The translations under genes were made by a program, and so were the position numbers. A stretch of DNA of 64,000 bases from an uncultured Gammaproteobacteria bacterium (GTDB lineage Bacteria; Patescibacteriota; Patescibacteriia; UBA11705; JABHMO01). Under the pieces are notes generated by a model. That model did not search any database. It saw only the letters and a program-made list of their open reading frames with translations, and was not told the origin of the DNA. Position 1 is the first letter of the stretch. Each line of letters begins with the position of its first letter. The DNA lies in NCBI GenBank assembly GCA_964590105.1, contig CAZPYM010000003.1, positions 72,179 to 136,178 on the forward strand. The letters run 5' to 3'. This document shows, one piece after another, positions 29,273 to 38,564 of the stretch.

Positions 29273-29443
29273 GGTAAAAGTTTTTAATTTACAAAAACAG
29301 AGGCAATGCTTTTCCTTGTTATTTATTTATTCTTTATCGGTAAGATGTTTTTGCTATTCTAATGGCAAAATGAGAAAATAAAAAATTAAGAAATAAAATA
29401 TAAAAACTTCCTCAGCGATAGCCGCGGAAGTTTGAGTTTTGGA

Positions 29444-30556
29444 TTATAGCAGTTGTTTTAGTTTTTCGAGCACAACTTCATTTCCGGTATTTAATGGAAA
29501 TTTAATCAGAGTCCTATTGCCCGTAGGTTCGAGAGCGGCAAAGTGGACGCGAAGGTCAAGGTTTTTTTCAGATTTCAGCAGGCAGTAGGCCTGTTCATTT
29601 TTTTTATAGAAAATAGCGGTCAGCTCAATAGTTGGGACGCTGGCGATTAGCTCGTCAATCGCGCCGACCAGGTCCTGCGGCAGGGCATTAGTTTCTCTGA
29701 AGTCTTGTTCATTTACTTCAGCCCAGGCGATTTTTTGCAAATCATCAGTTTTGAGACTGAGAAGCACTCTGCCCCAGAGACGCAGGGCACCCACAGTTTG
29801 CATTTGATAAAGATTTTTTACAATAGACTCGCGCTGGGCTCCGGCCGCCATCAATTGGCTGGCGATACTCAAACTTTTGGGAGTAATGGCCGGGGTTTTG
29901 AAACTTTTTGTTTTTTCAATCATGCCGGTCAGAAGATAAGTGGCAATGGTTTCATCGAGCAGATTGGCATCGGTTTGTTCAATAAAGTCATAAATAATTT
30001 CCGAGACTGACGAAGAAGCAATATTAATAATATTTATGTGGCCGTAATGTTCATTATCGGGCGAATGATCAATATTAACAATCGGCACATTGTAAAAAAA
30101 ATCAGTATTTTTTTCATAAACATGAGACAATGATTCGAGATCCGGCGTGTTTACGGTAATAATCAGGTCATGATTGTAATGATTGTCGGTGATAGAAATG
30201 TTTTGTTTGGAAAAATTACTGTTGGTCGGATTGACATGAATGTGCATTTTATTTTTTTCAATTTTATAATCAATCTCCGGATGCTGGCCGTCAATAATAT
30301 CCAAACTAATAATTAATTTTTTCAAATTATCTAGGCGGCTTTGAATGGTATTTGATTGCGCTAAAAATTGGTATGAATGCGGTAATTCAAAGTCCGGCGA
30401 GACGATTGTCGCTTTTTTATCCATCTTACGAAGGAGTTCTGCGAGAGCCAGACTAGCGGCAATTACATCGCCATTGTGCTCTTGTTTGAAAGCAATGAGC
30501 GGCGTATTGCTACTTTGTATGGCTTCGTATAATTGTTGGTGTTGATTTAATGACAT
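29444..30556 (-). CDS. DHH-family phosphoesterase (NrnA-like nanoRNase / pAp phosphatase)
   Basis: DHH motif (NIDHSPDNEHYG) with an N-terminal DHH and a C-terminal DHHA1-like region. Confidence 0.7.
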   Translation of the reverse strand: MSLNQHQQLYEAIQSSNTPLIAFKQEHNGDVIAASLALAELLRKMDKKATIVSPDFELPHSYQFLAQSNTIQSRLDNLKKLIISLDIIDGQHPEIDYKIEKNKMHIHVNPTNSNFSKQNISITDNHYNHDLIITVNTPDLESLSHVYEKNTDFFYNVPIVNIDHSPDNEHYGHINIINIASSSVSEIIYDFIEQTDANLLDETIATYLLTGMIEKTKSFKTPAITPKSLSIASQLMAAGAQRESIVKNLYQMQTVGALRLWGRVLLSLKTDDLQKIAWAEVNEQDFRETNALPQDLVGAIDELIASVPTIELTAIFYKKNEQAYCLLKSEKNLDLRVHFAALEPTGNRTLIKFPLNTGNEVVLEKLKQLL

Positions 30557-30787
30557 ATTAATTTAGTAAAATTTAAAGCGCAAAGCCCAAAGTTCAAAGG
30601 AAATTTTAAATTTAAAGTCTAAAATTCGAAGATACGCCTTTGTTTTTTAATTTTAAGTTTTAAGTTTCCTTTTGATTTTGCTTTTTGAATTTTGAGCTTG
30701 GATATAGCATCTTAGCTAAATAAATGTATAGTGTCAAGGCATTAGCCCACACAATTCGTCACAAATGGGTGATTGTGTCAAATATAG

Positions 30788-30816
30788 TTGTCATTACAGT
30801 ATAAATATGCTAAAAT
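30788..30816 (+). promoter_or_regulatory. promoter for valS (TTGTCA-17-TGcTAAAAT)
   Basis: Good -35 and an extended -10, about 30 nt upstream of the valS ATG. Confidence 0.5.
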
Positions 30817-30844
30817 CAAATAGAATTTATCTTTAATTTTCAAT

Positions 30845-33800
30845 ATGGAGATACCCAAAGCCTACGATCCGAAAGAGCATGAAAGCCGGATTTATAAAAT
30901 GTGGGAAGAGGCCGGGCTTTTTAATCCGGACAATTTGGAGCCTAAATCCAAAAAGCATTTTTCCATTGTTTTGCCGCCGCCAAATGTTACCGGCACACTG
31001 CACCTGGGGCATGCGGCCATGCTCGCAATAGAAGATTTAATGGTCCGTTACAAAAGGATGAATGGTTTTGATACCCTCTGGATGCCTGGCACTGATCACG
31101 CGGCGATTGCCACGCAAAACGTGGTTGAAAAAAAGCTTTACAAGGAAGAAAAAAAGACCAGGCACGATCTGGGTCGTGAGAAATTTTTAAAAAAAGTTGA
31201 GCAGTATGTGGAAGGCTCAAAAAATGTTATTCATAATCAATTGCGCAAAATGGGTTCAAGCCTGGACTGGAGCCGCGAAGCGTATACTCTCGATGAAGTC
31301 AGAAGCAAGGCAGTAAAAAAGGTTTTCAAACAAATGTATGAAGACGGGCTGATTTATCGGGGTTATCGGATTGTCAATTGGTGTCCGCGCTGCCATTCAA
31401 CGCTCGCGGACGATGAGGTTGATTACAAAGAAGAAAAAGCCAAGATTTACACTTTTAAATACGATAAAAATTTTCCATTTGCTATCGCCACAACGCGGCC
31501 GGAAACCAAACTTGGGGACACGGCAGTGGCTGTGCATCCTGACGACAAGCGCTATGCAAAATATATCGGTAAAACATTTGTCGCTGATTTCTGTGGTGTT
31601 AAGTTGAATATAAAAGTAATTGCCGATGATCAGGTTGAAAAAGATTTTGGCACCGGCGCGCTTGGCGTAACCCCGGCGCATAGTTTGATTGACTACGAAA
31701 TGGCGCAAAAAAATAAATTGCCGGTGATTAAAGTTATTGACGAGGATGGAAAAATAACGGTGGCTGGCGGAAAATTTCAGGGATTAAGCGCGGAACAGGC
31801 AAGAGAAAAAATTGTTGAAGAATTAAAAAAGCAGGGGCTTTTGGAAAAGCAGGAAGAGAATCAGCACAATTTATCTGTTTGTTACCGTTGTAAATCAGTA
31901 GTGGAGCCTTTGCCGAGCGAGCAATGGTTTATCAGTATAAGTTCAAAGTTCAAAGTTAAAAGTGAAAAGTTGAGAAAAATAATCGGGAAAAAAGAGGCAA
32001 GCTTGAAGGAAATTTCGCTCGCCGTGGTAAAGAGCGGGTCGATAAAAATAATTCCAGAGCGTTTTGAAAAAATTTATTATCATTGGATGGAAAATTTGCA
32101 TGACTGGTGTATTTCCCGGCAGATTTGGTTTGGGCACAGGATCCCTGTTTGGTACAAAAAGCAAAAACAAATTATTGTTTTGCGGCACGGACAGGCGGAA
32201 AGCAATGCCCGAGATCAGCTGAATTCCGATATTTTGCGGAATCATTTTCACTTGACCGTAGAGGGTAGGGAGCAGGCGGCCGCGGCGGCGGAAGAGCTGC
32301 AAAAAGAAAAAATTGACATTATTTTTTGTTCTGATTTCGAACGGGCAAAACAAACCGCCAAAATAGTTGCCGACAAATCGGGGATTAAGCAAATTATTGA
32401 AGACGCCAGACTCAGGGAAGTGGGAGTGGGGGATTTCGAAGGCAAATCCGATATGGACTTTACCAAATTTCGTCAGCAAAACTTTGACAAGTGGCATAAA
32501 GGAAATCCGCATAACATCGAGTCCTTTGTTGAATTAAGAAGCCGTGTATTTAATTTTCTTGACGAAATAAAACAAAAGTATGGAGATAAAAAGATTTTAA
32601 TGGTAACGCACGGCGATGTGGCGCGAGTGGCGCAGGCATACGGAAAAATTTTATCGGATAAAGAAATTTATGGCCTTGATTATCCGGATACCGGAAAGTT
32701 TTATCGCGTTGATTTAAATCAAAAAACATCTGGAATCGAACTTAGTTTTCGTAATCGAAAAATATTTGAAGCGATTAAATCCGGCAGCAAAACCATTGAA
32801 ACCAGAGCTTTGAATCCTGAAGAGCCGGATCGTTATTTTGGCAATATTAAAGGCGGCGATCAGATAATTTTGAATTATAAGCAAGGGGAGTATATTTTAG
32901 AAAGTTTAAAATCAAAAGTCAAAGCGGCGAGGCGGTACAAAACCATTGAAGAATTGTTAGCCAAGGAAAAGATGTCTAAAATTTTTCCCGGCAAAAACAT
33001 TGATTATAAAAAATCCTATTCTGATCTGGTGCCCGGAAATTTGGAAAAAATAAGCAAGAACGGAATAATAGCTTTTGAGCTTGGAAAAGTTGAAAAGTAT
33101 AATAAAAATATCACGCTTCGCGTTTCTGAAGAAGAACTGCCGGCTGCCGAATGGAAACAAGATGAGGATACTCTTGATACCTGGTTTTCTGCAGGTCTTT
33201 GGACTTTCAGTACGCTCTTGCCGAAGGATTGGGACGGAAAAGAATTTAAATCCAAGGATTTGGAACGATTTCATCCAACGACCGTGCTGGAAACCGGTTA
33301 TGACATTTTGTTTTTCTGGGTGGCGAGGATGATACTCATGACCACTTATGCGACGGGCGAAATACCTTTTGAAACAGTTTATCTGCACGGCCTGATTCGC
33401 GACAAAGACGGCGACAAAATGAGCAAATCCAAACCAGAGACGGCGATTGATCCGGTTGAAGCCGGCAATAAATATGGATTTGACGCGGTGCGTTTGAGCT
33501 TGCTTATCGGCAATACGGCGGGCAATGATATTCGGCTTTATGATGAAAAGATTGAGGGGTACAGGAATTTTGTTAATAAGTTGTGGAATATTAGTCGGTT
33601 TGTGTTGCAAAATAACAAATTACAAGACACAAATTACAAGCAAATTACAAATAACAAATTACAAACAGTTGCATTGACTTTAGCGGATAAGTGGATACTT
33701 TCGCGATTCAATAAGTTAAAATGCGAGGTAAATAAATTGCTGGATGAATATAATTTTTCACAGGCCGGCGAGATTTTGCGGGAATTTACCTGGAATGATT

Positions 33801-34483
33801 TTGCCGACTGGTATTTGGAAATTTCAAAAGTTGCCCTTCGGCAAGATCAGGGTGACAATCGAAATTTAATTTTGAATTCAATTTTTCGGGAATTGCTGAA
33901 ATTGTGGCATCCTTTTGTGCCGTTTGTGACAGAGGCTGTTTGGTCCCTCGCTATGCTCGGGATGACACAGCAAGCAAAAAGTATTATGGTTTCTGATTGG
34001 CCAGCGGTCGAAAAGGGATTAATTGATGAAAAAGCGGAAAAAGGATTTGAAAAAATTCAAGAAATAATTATTAAAATCAGAAATTTGCGGGCTGAATACA
34101 AAGTCAATCCGGGGAAGAAGATTTCTGTTTCCATCAAAGGCGCTTCAATTGGCGAAAATGAAATAGTTGTAAAAACCTTAGCTCGTCTGGAAAAAATTAC
34201 TTACGTAAAAATAAAACCGGAAAAAGCAGCCGGCGCGGTTGTCGGTAAAAGGGAGATTTATTTGTTGTTATCAGATTTGGTTGATGTTGATAAAGAAAAA
34301 GAGAGACTGGAAAAAGAAAAAGCCGACCTTGAAAAATATTGCTTCGGATTGGATAAAAAACTTCAGAATAAAGAGTTTACGAAAAATGCTCCGGTGGCCG
34401 TGGTTGACGGAGAGCGGGCAAAACTCACGGAGGCGGAAGAAAAATTAGGAAAAACAAATACGCAATTAAGTGAATTAAAATAA
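30845..34483 (+). CDS. valS: valyl-tRNA synthetase carrying an in-frame histidine-phosphatase (PGAM-like) + ASCH domain insertion
   Basis: HLGHA (HIGH), CP1 editing domain (TTRPETKLGDTAVAVHPDD), DWCISRQIWFGHRIPVWY, KMSKS, and a C-terminal coiled coil. Between WY (about 32154) and QDEDTLDTWFS (about 33158) about 330 extra residues contain IVLRHGQAESN and VTHGD (histidine phosphatase) and G-SKTIETR (ASCH). Length is 1212 aa against roughly 880 typical. Confidence 0.9.
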   Translation: MEIPKAYDPKEHESRIYKMWEEAGLFNPDNLEPKSKKHFSIVLPPPNVTGTLHLGHAAMLAIEDLMVRYKRMNGFDTLWMPGTDHAAIATQNVVEKKLYKEEKKTRHDLGREKFLKKVEQYVEGSKNVIHNQLRKMGSSLDWSREAYTLDEVRSKAVKKVFKQMYEDGLIYRGYRIVNWCPRCHSTLADDEVDYKEEKAKIYTFKYDKNFPFAIATTRPETKLGDTAVAVHPDDKRYAKYIGKTFVADFCGVKLNIKVIADDQVEKDFGTGALGVTPAHSLIDYEMAQKNKLPVIKVIDEDGKITVAGGKFQGLSAEQAREKIVEELKKQGLLEKQEENQHNLSVCYRCKSVVEPLPSEQWFISISSKFKVKSEKLRKIIGKKEASLKEISLAVVKSGSIKIIPERFEKIYYHWMENLHDWCISRQIWFGHRIPVWYKKQKQIIVLRHGQAESNARDQLNSDILRNHFHLTVEGREQAAAAAEELQKEKIDIIFCSDFERAKQTAKIVADKSGIKQIIEDARLREVGVGDFEGKSDMDFTKFRQQNFDKWHKGNPHNIESFVELRSRVFNFLDEIKQKYGDKKILMVTHGDVARVAQAYGKILSDKEIYGLDYPDTGKFYRVDLNQKTSGIELSFRNRKIFEAIKSGSKTIETRALNPEEPDRYFGNIKGGDQIILNYKQGEYILESLKSKVKAARRYKTIEELLAKEKMSKIFPGKNIDYKKSYSDLVPGNLEKISKNGIIAFELGKVEKYNKNITLRVSEEELPAAEWKQDEDTLDTWFSAGLWTFSTLLPKDWDGKEFKSKDLERFHPTTVLETGYDILFFWVARMILMTTYATGEIPFETVYLHGLIRDKDGDKMSKSKPETAIDPVEAGNKYGFDAVRLSLLIGNTAGNDIRLYDEKIEGYRNFVNKLWNISRFVLQNNKLQDTNYKQITNNKLQTVALTLADKWILSRFNKLKCEVNKLLDEYNFSQAGEILREFTWNDFADWYLEISKVALRQDQGDNRNLILNSIFRELLKLWHPFVPFVTEAVWSLAMLGMTQQAKSIMVSDWPAVEKGLIDEKAEKGFEKIQEIIIKIRNLRAEYKVNPGKKISVSIKGASIGENEIVVKTLARLEKITYVKIKPEKAAGAVVGKREIYLLLSDLVDVDKEKERLEKEKADLEKYCFGLDKKLQNKEFTKNAPVAVVDGERAKLTEAEEKLGKTNTQLSELK

Positions 34484-34488
34484 AATTT

Positions 34489-35673
34489 ATGAAAATCAAC
34501 ACTGACGAAAAAAAAATTAATGAACTCTTAACGCGCGGAGTTGAAAATGTTTATCCCAACCCAGAGTTTCTGGAAAAACTGCTTAAATCAGGCAAACAAT
34601 TAAAATTATATCTTGGCATTGATCCGACAGGTCCCAGTTTGCATATTGGTCATGCGATTAGTTTAATGAAACTGAAACAATTTCAGGACCTCGGCCACAA
34701 AGTGATTATGCTTATCGGCAGTTTTACCGCCATGATCGGCGATCCGACCGACAAATTGGCCACGCGCCAGCAATTGACGCGCAAGCAGGTCATGAATAAT
34801 TGTAAAAATTACAAAAAACAAGCAGCCAGCATTTTGGACATGAAAAAAACGGAGATTCAATACAATAGTCATTGGCTCGATAAATTAACTTTTAAAGAAG
34901 TTGTTGAATTGGCTTCAAAAATGACCGTACAACAAATGCTGGAGCGCGATATGTTTGAAAGGCGAATAGAAGACGGCAAACCAATTGGCTTGCATGAATT
35001 TTTATATCCGCTGATGCAGGGTTACGACTCGGTGGCCATGGATGTGGATGGGGAAATCGGCGGGAATGATCAGACTTTTAATATGCTCGCCGGCAGGACG
35101 CTGATGAAGGCGCTCAAGGGCAAGGAAAAGTTTGTTTTGACCAATAAACTCCTAGCAGACACTTCCGGGAAAAAAATGGGAAAAACAGAAGGCAATATGA
35201 TTGCGCTTGATAATTCCATTGACGACAAATTTGGCAAAGTAATGTCCTGGACAGACGACATGATTGCCGGCGGGTTTGAAATGTGCACTTTTGAGCCGAT
35301 GGAAATAGTCAAGCAAGTGGGAGAAAGATTGCAGCAAGGAGAAAACCCGCGTAATTTAAAACTGGAATTGGCCGAGGCGATTGTGAAAATTTATCACGGC
35401 GAAAAAGCTGCCAAAGCGGCGCGAGAAAATTTTTTGAATATGTTTCAGAAAAAAGAAACGCCTGATCAGCTCGATGAATTTGATCTGGCCGGAAAAAATA
35501 TTGTTGACGCATTATTGGAAGGCGGATTAGTTCAATCAAAATCTGAAGCTCGTCGGAATATTGAACAAGGCGGAGTGAAAATCAATGAAAAAGTTGAGAA
35601 AAATGCGGCAGCTGTTGTTCGTGCCGGGGATATAATTCAGAAAGGGAAAAGATTTTTTATCAAAATTAAGTAG
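34489..35673 (+). CDS. tyrS: tyrosyl-tRNA synthetase
   Basis: LHIGHA (HIGH), KMGKT (KMSKS-like), C-terminal S4-like domain. Confidence 0.92.
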   Translation: MKINTDEKKINELLTRGVENVYPNPEFLEKLLKSGKQLKLYLGIDPTGPSLHIGHAISLMKLKQFQDLGHKVIMLIGSFTAMIGDPTDKLATRQQLTRKQVMNNCKNYKKQAASILDMKKTEIQYNSHWLDKLTFKEVVELASKMTVQQMLERDMFERRIEDGKPIGLHEFLYPLMQGYDSVAMDVDGEIGGNDQTFNMLAGRTLMKALKGKEKFVLTNKLLADTSGKKMGKTEGNMIALDNSIDDKFGKVMSWTDDMIAGGFEMCTFEPMEIVKQVGERLQQGENPRNLKLELAEAIVKIYHGEKAAKAARENFLNMFQKKETPDQLDEFDLAGKNIVDALLEGGLVQSKSEARRNIEQGGVKINEKVEKNAAAVVRAGDIIQKGKRFFIKIK

Positions 35674-35675
35674 CA

Positions 35676-35730
35676 AGTTGTAAGGTTGTAAGTAAATTAC
35701 TACTTACTCACTTACAACTTTTAAATATAT
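35676..35730 (+). terminator. imperfect inverted repeat / terminator after tyrS
   Basis: agttgtaaggttgtaagtaa ... ttactcacttacaact followed by ttttaaat. It is built from the TTGTAAK repeat family. Confidence 0.4.
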
Positions 35731-36208
35731 GAAAATACTAGTTTTTACTGAAGGCACGGTTTTGAAGCATGTTTCAGATGACCGGATCAAGGATTATTCA
35801 AGCTATGTGCCGGTTGGTGGCGCGGTGGAAAAACTGACCGTCTGGACGGAAAATGGCGCGGAAATTTCTTATTTAACTTCCCGCGTCAAGTTTATGGAAA
35901 TCAAACAAATCAAGGACGTCTTGAAAAATTTTGATTTTCCGGGCGACATGGTTCACGCGAGGCAGGAAGACGAAACATATAAGCAGGTAGTTATGACCGT
36001 TAAGCCGGATCTTTTGATTGAGGACGACTGCAAGAGTATTGGTGGCGAAGCAGAGATGATTTCGTTTGGCTTAAAATCAGAAGCAGGCATTCATGTTATT
36101 GTCGTGCCGGAATTCGGCGGTATTGATCATTTGCCGGATAATTTGGAGGAATTGAAAGAGTTTGGAAAAAAAGAAGAGGTGGCTACAACCAGAGATGATA
36201 CTTATTAA
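35729..36208 (+). CDS. hypothetical protein (159 aa)
   Basis: Intact ORF between tyrS and argS. No motif recognised. Confidence 0.5.
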   Translation: MKILVFTEGTVLKHVSDDRIKDYSSYVPVGGAVEKLTVWTENGAEISYLTSRVKFMEIKQIKDVLKNFDFPGDMVHARQEDETYKQVVMTVKPDLLIEDDCKSIGGEAEMISFGLKSEAGIHVIVVPEFGGIDHLPDNLEELKEFGKKEEVATTRDDTY

Positions 36209-36244
36209 GTAAAAAGTAAATTTAAAGCTTAAAATTGAAATCGC

Positions 36245-37960
36245 ATGTTAGAGATAAAAAATAAATTAGCAAAAGTGCTTAGTGAGATTTTAAAGGTGGA
36301 AATCAATCCGGAAGATTTTACCGAGCCGCCGAAAAATGTTGAAGCAGACCTGGCTTTGCCGTGTTTTACTTTGGCCAAGGAACTAAGACGCGATCCGAAT
36401 GAGATTGCCGGCGAGTTGGGAGCAATGGTCAATGCGAAAAATTTAGTTATTATTGAAAAAGTAAAGTCGCTCGGCCCTTATATGAATTTTTTTATTGATT
36501 CGGAATATTTGGCGCAAGCTGTTTTATATTCTCAATTAACGAATGAACCAATTAACCAATTAACTAAAATCATGGTAGAATTTGCGCATCCAAATACGCA
36601 CAAAGCATTTCATATCGGGCATTTGCGAAATATTATTACCGGCGAATCAATTGTCCGGATTTTGCAAAACGCTGGATACAAAGTTACCCGGGCGAATTAT
36701 CAGGGTGATGTCGGTCTGCATATTGCCAAGGCGCTCTGGGGAATTGATCAGCTTCGGAATGAATACAAAGAAGTTAAGAAAAAGGACTTAGACGATAAAG
36801 TCGGGTTTTTGGGCAAAGCCTATGCGCTTGGCGGCCAGACATTTGAAAAAGATGAAAAAGCAAAACAAGAAATTTACAAGTTGAATGAAAAAATTTATAA
36901 CAAAGAAAAGTCGATTCAAGATGTTTATAAAACAACCAGGGCTTGGAGCCTGGAATATTTTGATAAAGTTTACAAACGAGTTGATTCACACTTTGACAGG
37001 TTATATTTTGAATCCGAGGTTTTTGAAAAGGGAAAACAAATTGTTTTGAAGTTTCTGGAAAAGGGCGTATTCAAGAGAAGCGAGGGCGCGGTCATATTTG
37101 AAGGTGAAAAATATGGCTTGCACAGCCGCGTTTTTGTCAATAGTTTGGATTTTCCGACTTACGAAGCCAAAGATCTGGCGCTGGCTGAAGCGCAGTTCAA
37201 AGAGTTTAAGCCGGACAGAATTATTCATGTTGTCGGCAAAGAACAAACAGAATATTTCAAGGTAGTATTTAAAGCACTTGAATTTACCCTACCGAAAAGC
37301 AAGGGCAGGGAAGAGCATCTGGCTTACGGCTGGGTTTCTTTGAAGTCCGGCAAAATGAGTTCGCGAACCGGGCAAGTTATTTTGGGCGAATGGCTTTTGG
37401 ATGAGATTGAAAAAAGAATTGCGGCAATTATGAAAGATAGTCCAGCGAAAGATAAGGATTTAATTATTAAAAAAGTTGCGTTGGCGGCTGTTAAATACGC
37501 GATGCTAAAGATTGGCGTCAAAGTTGATATGGCTTTTGATATTGAAGAATCCGTGAATACTTCTGGCGACAGTGGACCGTATTTACTTTACATTGTGGCG
37601 AGGATAAAGAGCATTTTGAAAAAGGTAAAGGGTAAAAGTGAAAAGCATGCCCTGAGCATGGTCGAAGGGTTAAAAGGAATTGAATCAATTAAGATAAATG
37701 AATATGAAAAAAGTTTGCTTTTAAAAGTGGCAAAGTTTGAGGAGGCGCAAGAGCTGGCGGCAAAAGAGCTGGATCCGTCGCAAATTGCCAAATACTTGTT
37801 TGAACTGGCGCAGGAATTCAATGGTTTTTATCACGAGTGTCCGGTATTGCAAGCTGAACAGGCTATTCAGGCATTTAGAATCAATTTAATAAAAAAAGTT
37901 GAGCAGACAATGACCAAAGGTCTAAATTTACTTGGAATCGAGCCTGTTGATGAAATGTAG
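36245..37960 (+). CDS. argS: arginyl-tRNA synthetase
   Basis: HPNTHKAFHIGHLRN (HIGH) and GKMSSRTG (KMSKS). An in-frame AACCAATTAACCAATTAAC repeat at 36541-36568 encodes EPINQLTK. Confidence 0.92.
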   Translation: MLEIKNKLAKVLSEILKVEINPEDFTEPPKNVEADLALPCFTLAKELRRDPNEIAGELGAMVNAKNLVIIEKVKSLGPYMNFFIDSEYLAQAVLYSQLTNEPINQLTKIMVEFAHPNTHKAFHIGHLRNIITGESIVRILQNAGYKVTRANYQGDVGLHIAKALWGIDQLRNEYKEVKKKDLDDKVGFLGKAYALGGQTFEKDEKAKQEIYKLNEKIYNKEKSIQDVYKTTRAWSLEYFDKVYKRVDSHFDRLYFESEVFEKGKQIVLKFLEKGVFKRSEGAVIFEGEKYGLHSRVFVNSLDFPTYEAKDLALAEAQFKEFKPDRIIHVVGKEQTEYFKVVFKALEFTLPKSKGREEHLAYGWVSLKSGKMSSRTGQVILGEWLLDEIEKRIAAIMKDSPAKDKDLIIKKVALAAVKYAMLKIGVKVDMAFDIEESVNTSGDSGPYLLYIVARIKSILKKVKGKSEKHALSMVEGLKGIESIKINEYEKSLLLKVAKFEEAQELAAKELDPSQIAKYLFELAQEFNGFYHECPVLQAEQAIQAFRINLIKKVEQTMTKGLNLLGIEPVDEM

Positions 37961-38043
37961 ATAAAAATGATTGACGGCTCAGCTAGCTTACATTAAGATA
38001 AGTATCAAGGAGGGGTTAATAATAGGTAAAATGAAAAAAGCTT

Positions 38044-38466
38044 ATGTTTAGATCAAATGACGAGGAGGAAAAAGATTTTAATGAAGTTGACGACACTGTT
38101 ATCGGCCATTCAATTAAGATTGAAGGAGACCTAGTAAGCAATGGCAGTATTACCGTCGAAGGAGAAGTCGTCGGTAGTTTGAAAACCGAACAAGTTTTGC
38201 GTGTCGGAGAAAGAGCGAAAATTGTGGCTGATGTAAAGGCTAGGGAAGCTTTGGTTTCCGGAAAAGTAAACGGTAATGTAGCAGTCGAAGGTAAGCTGGA
38301 ATTGGCTGAAACCGCAGAAGTGAATGGCGATATCAGCGCTGCAACATTGTCAATTGCCGCCGGAGCAGTTTTTAACGGCCGTTGTTCAATGACGAATCAG
38401 GGTCAGTCAGCGCCAGTCGTAGAAAAGGCCAACGTCGCCGCGAAATCGGATAGCGAAGAAGAGTAA
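38044..38466 (+). CDS. bactofilin (CcmA-like) cytoskeletal protein
   Basis: DUF583-type beta-helical repeats (VEGEVVGSL...VSGKVNGNVAVEGKLEL...VNGDISA) with acidic termini. Confidence 0.75.
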   Translation: MFRSNDEEEKDFNEVDDTVIGHSIKIEGDLVSNGSITVEGEVVGSLKTEQVLRVGERAKIVADVKAREALVSGKVNGNVAVEGKLELAETAEVNGDISAATLSIAAGAVFNGRCSMTNQGQSAPVVEKANVAAKSDSEEE

Positions 38467-38564
38467 AGTTAACTTCCGGTTTCTGATTTTGAATTTGGAG
38501 TTTTAAATTTCCTTTTGCGCCAGAGGCGCATCCGCCTATGGCGGAGGATTTTGGGCCTTGAGCT

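Noticed and set aside
32155-33157. Possibility that the valS insertion is an intein
   Set aside because: There is no Cys/Ser at the insertion N-terminus and no His-Asn at its end. Hint and endonuclease motifs are absent. Instead it matches histidine-phosphatase and ASCH signatures.
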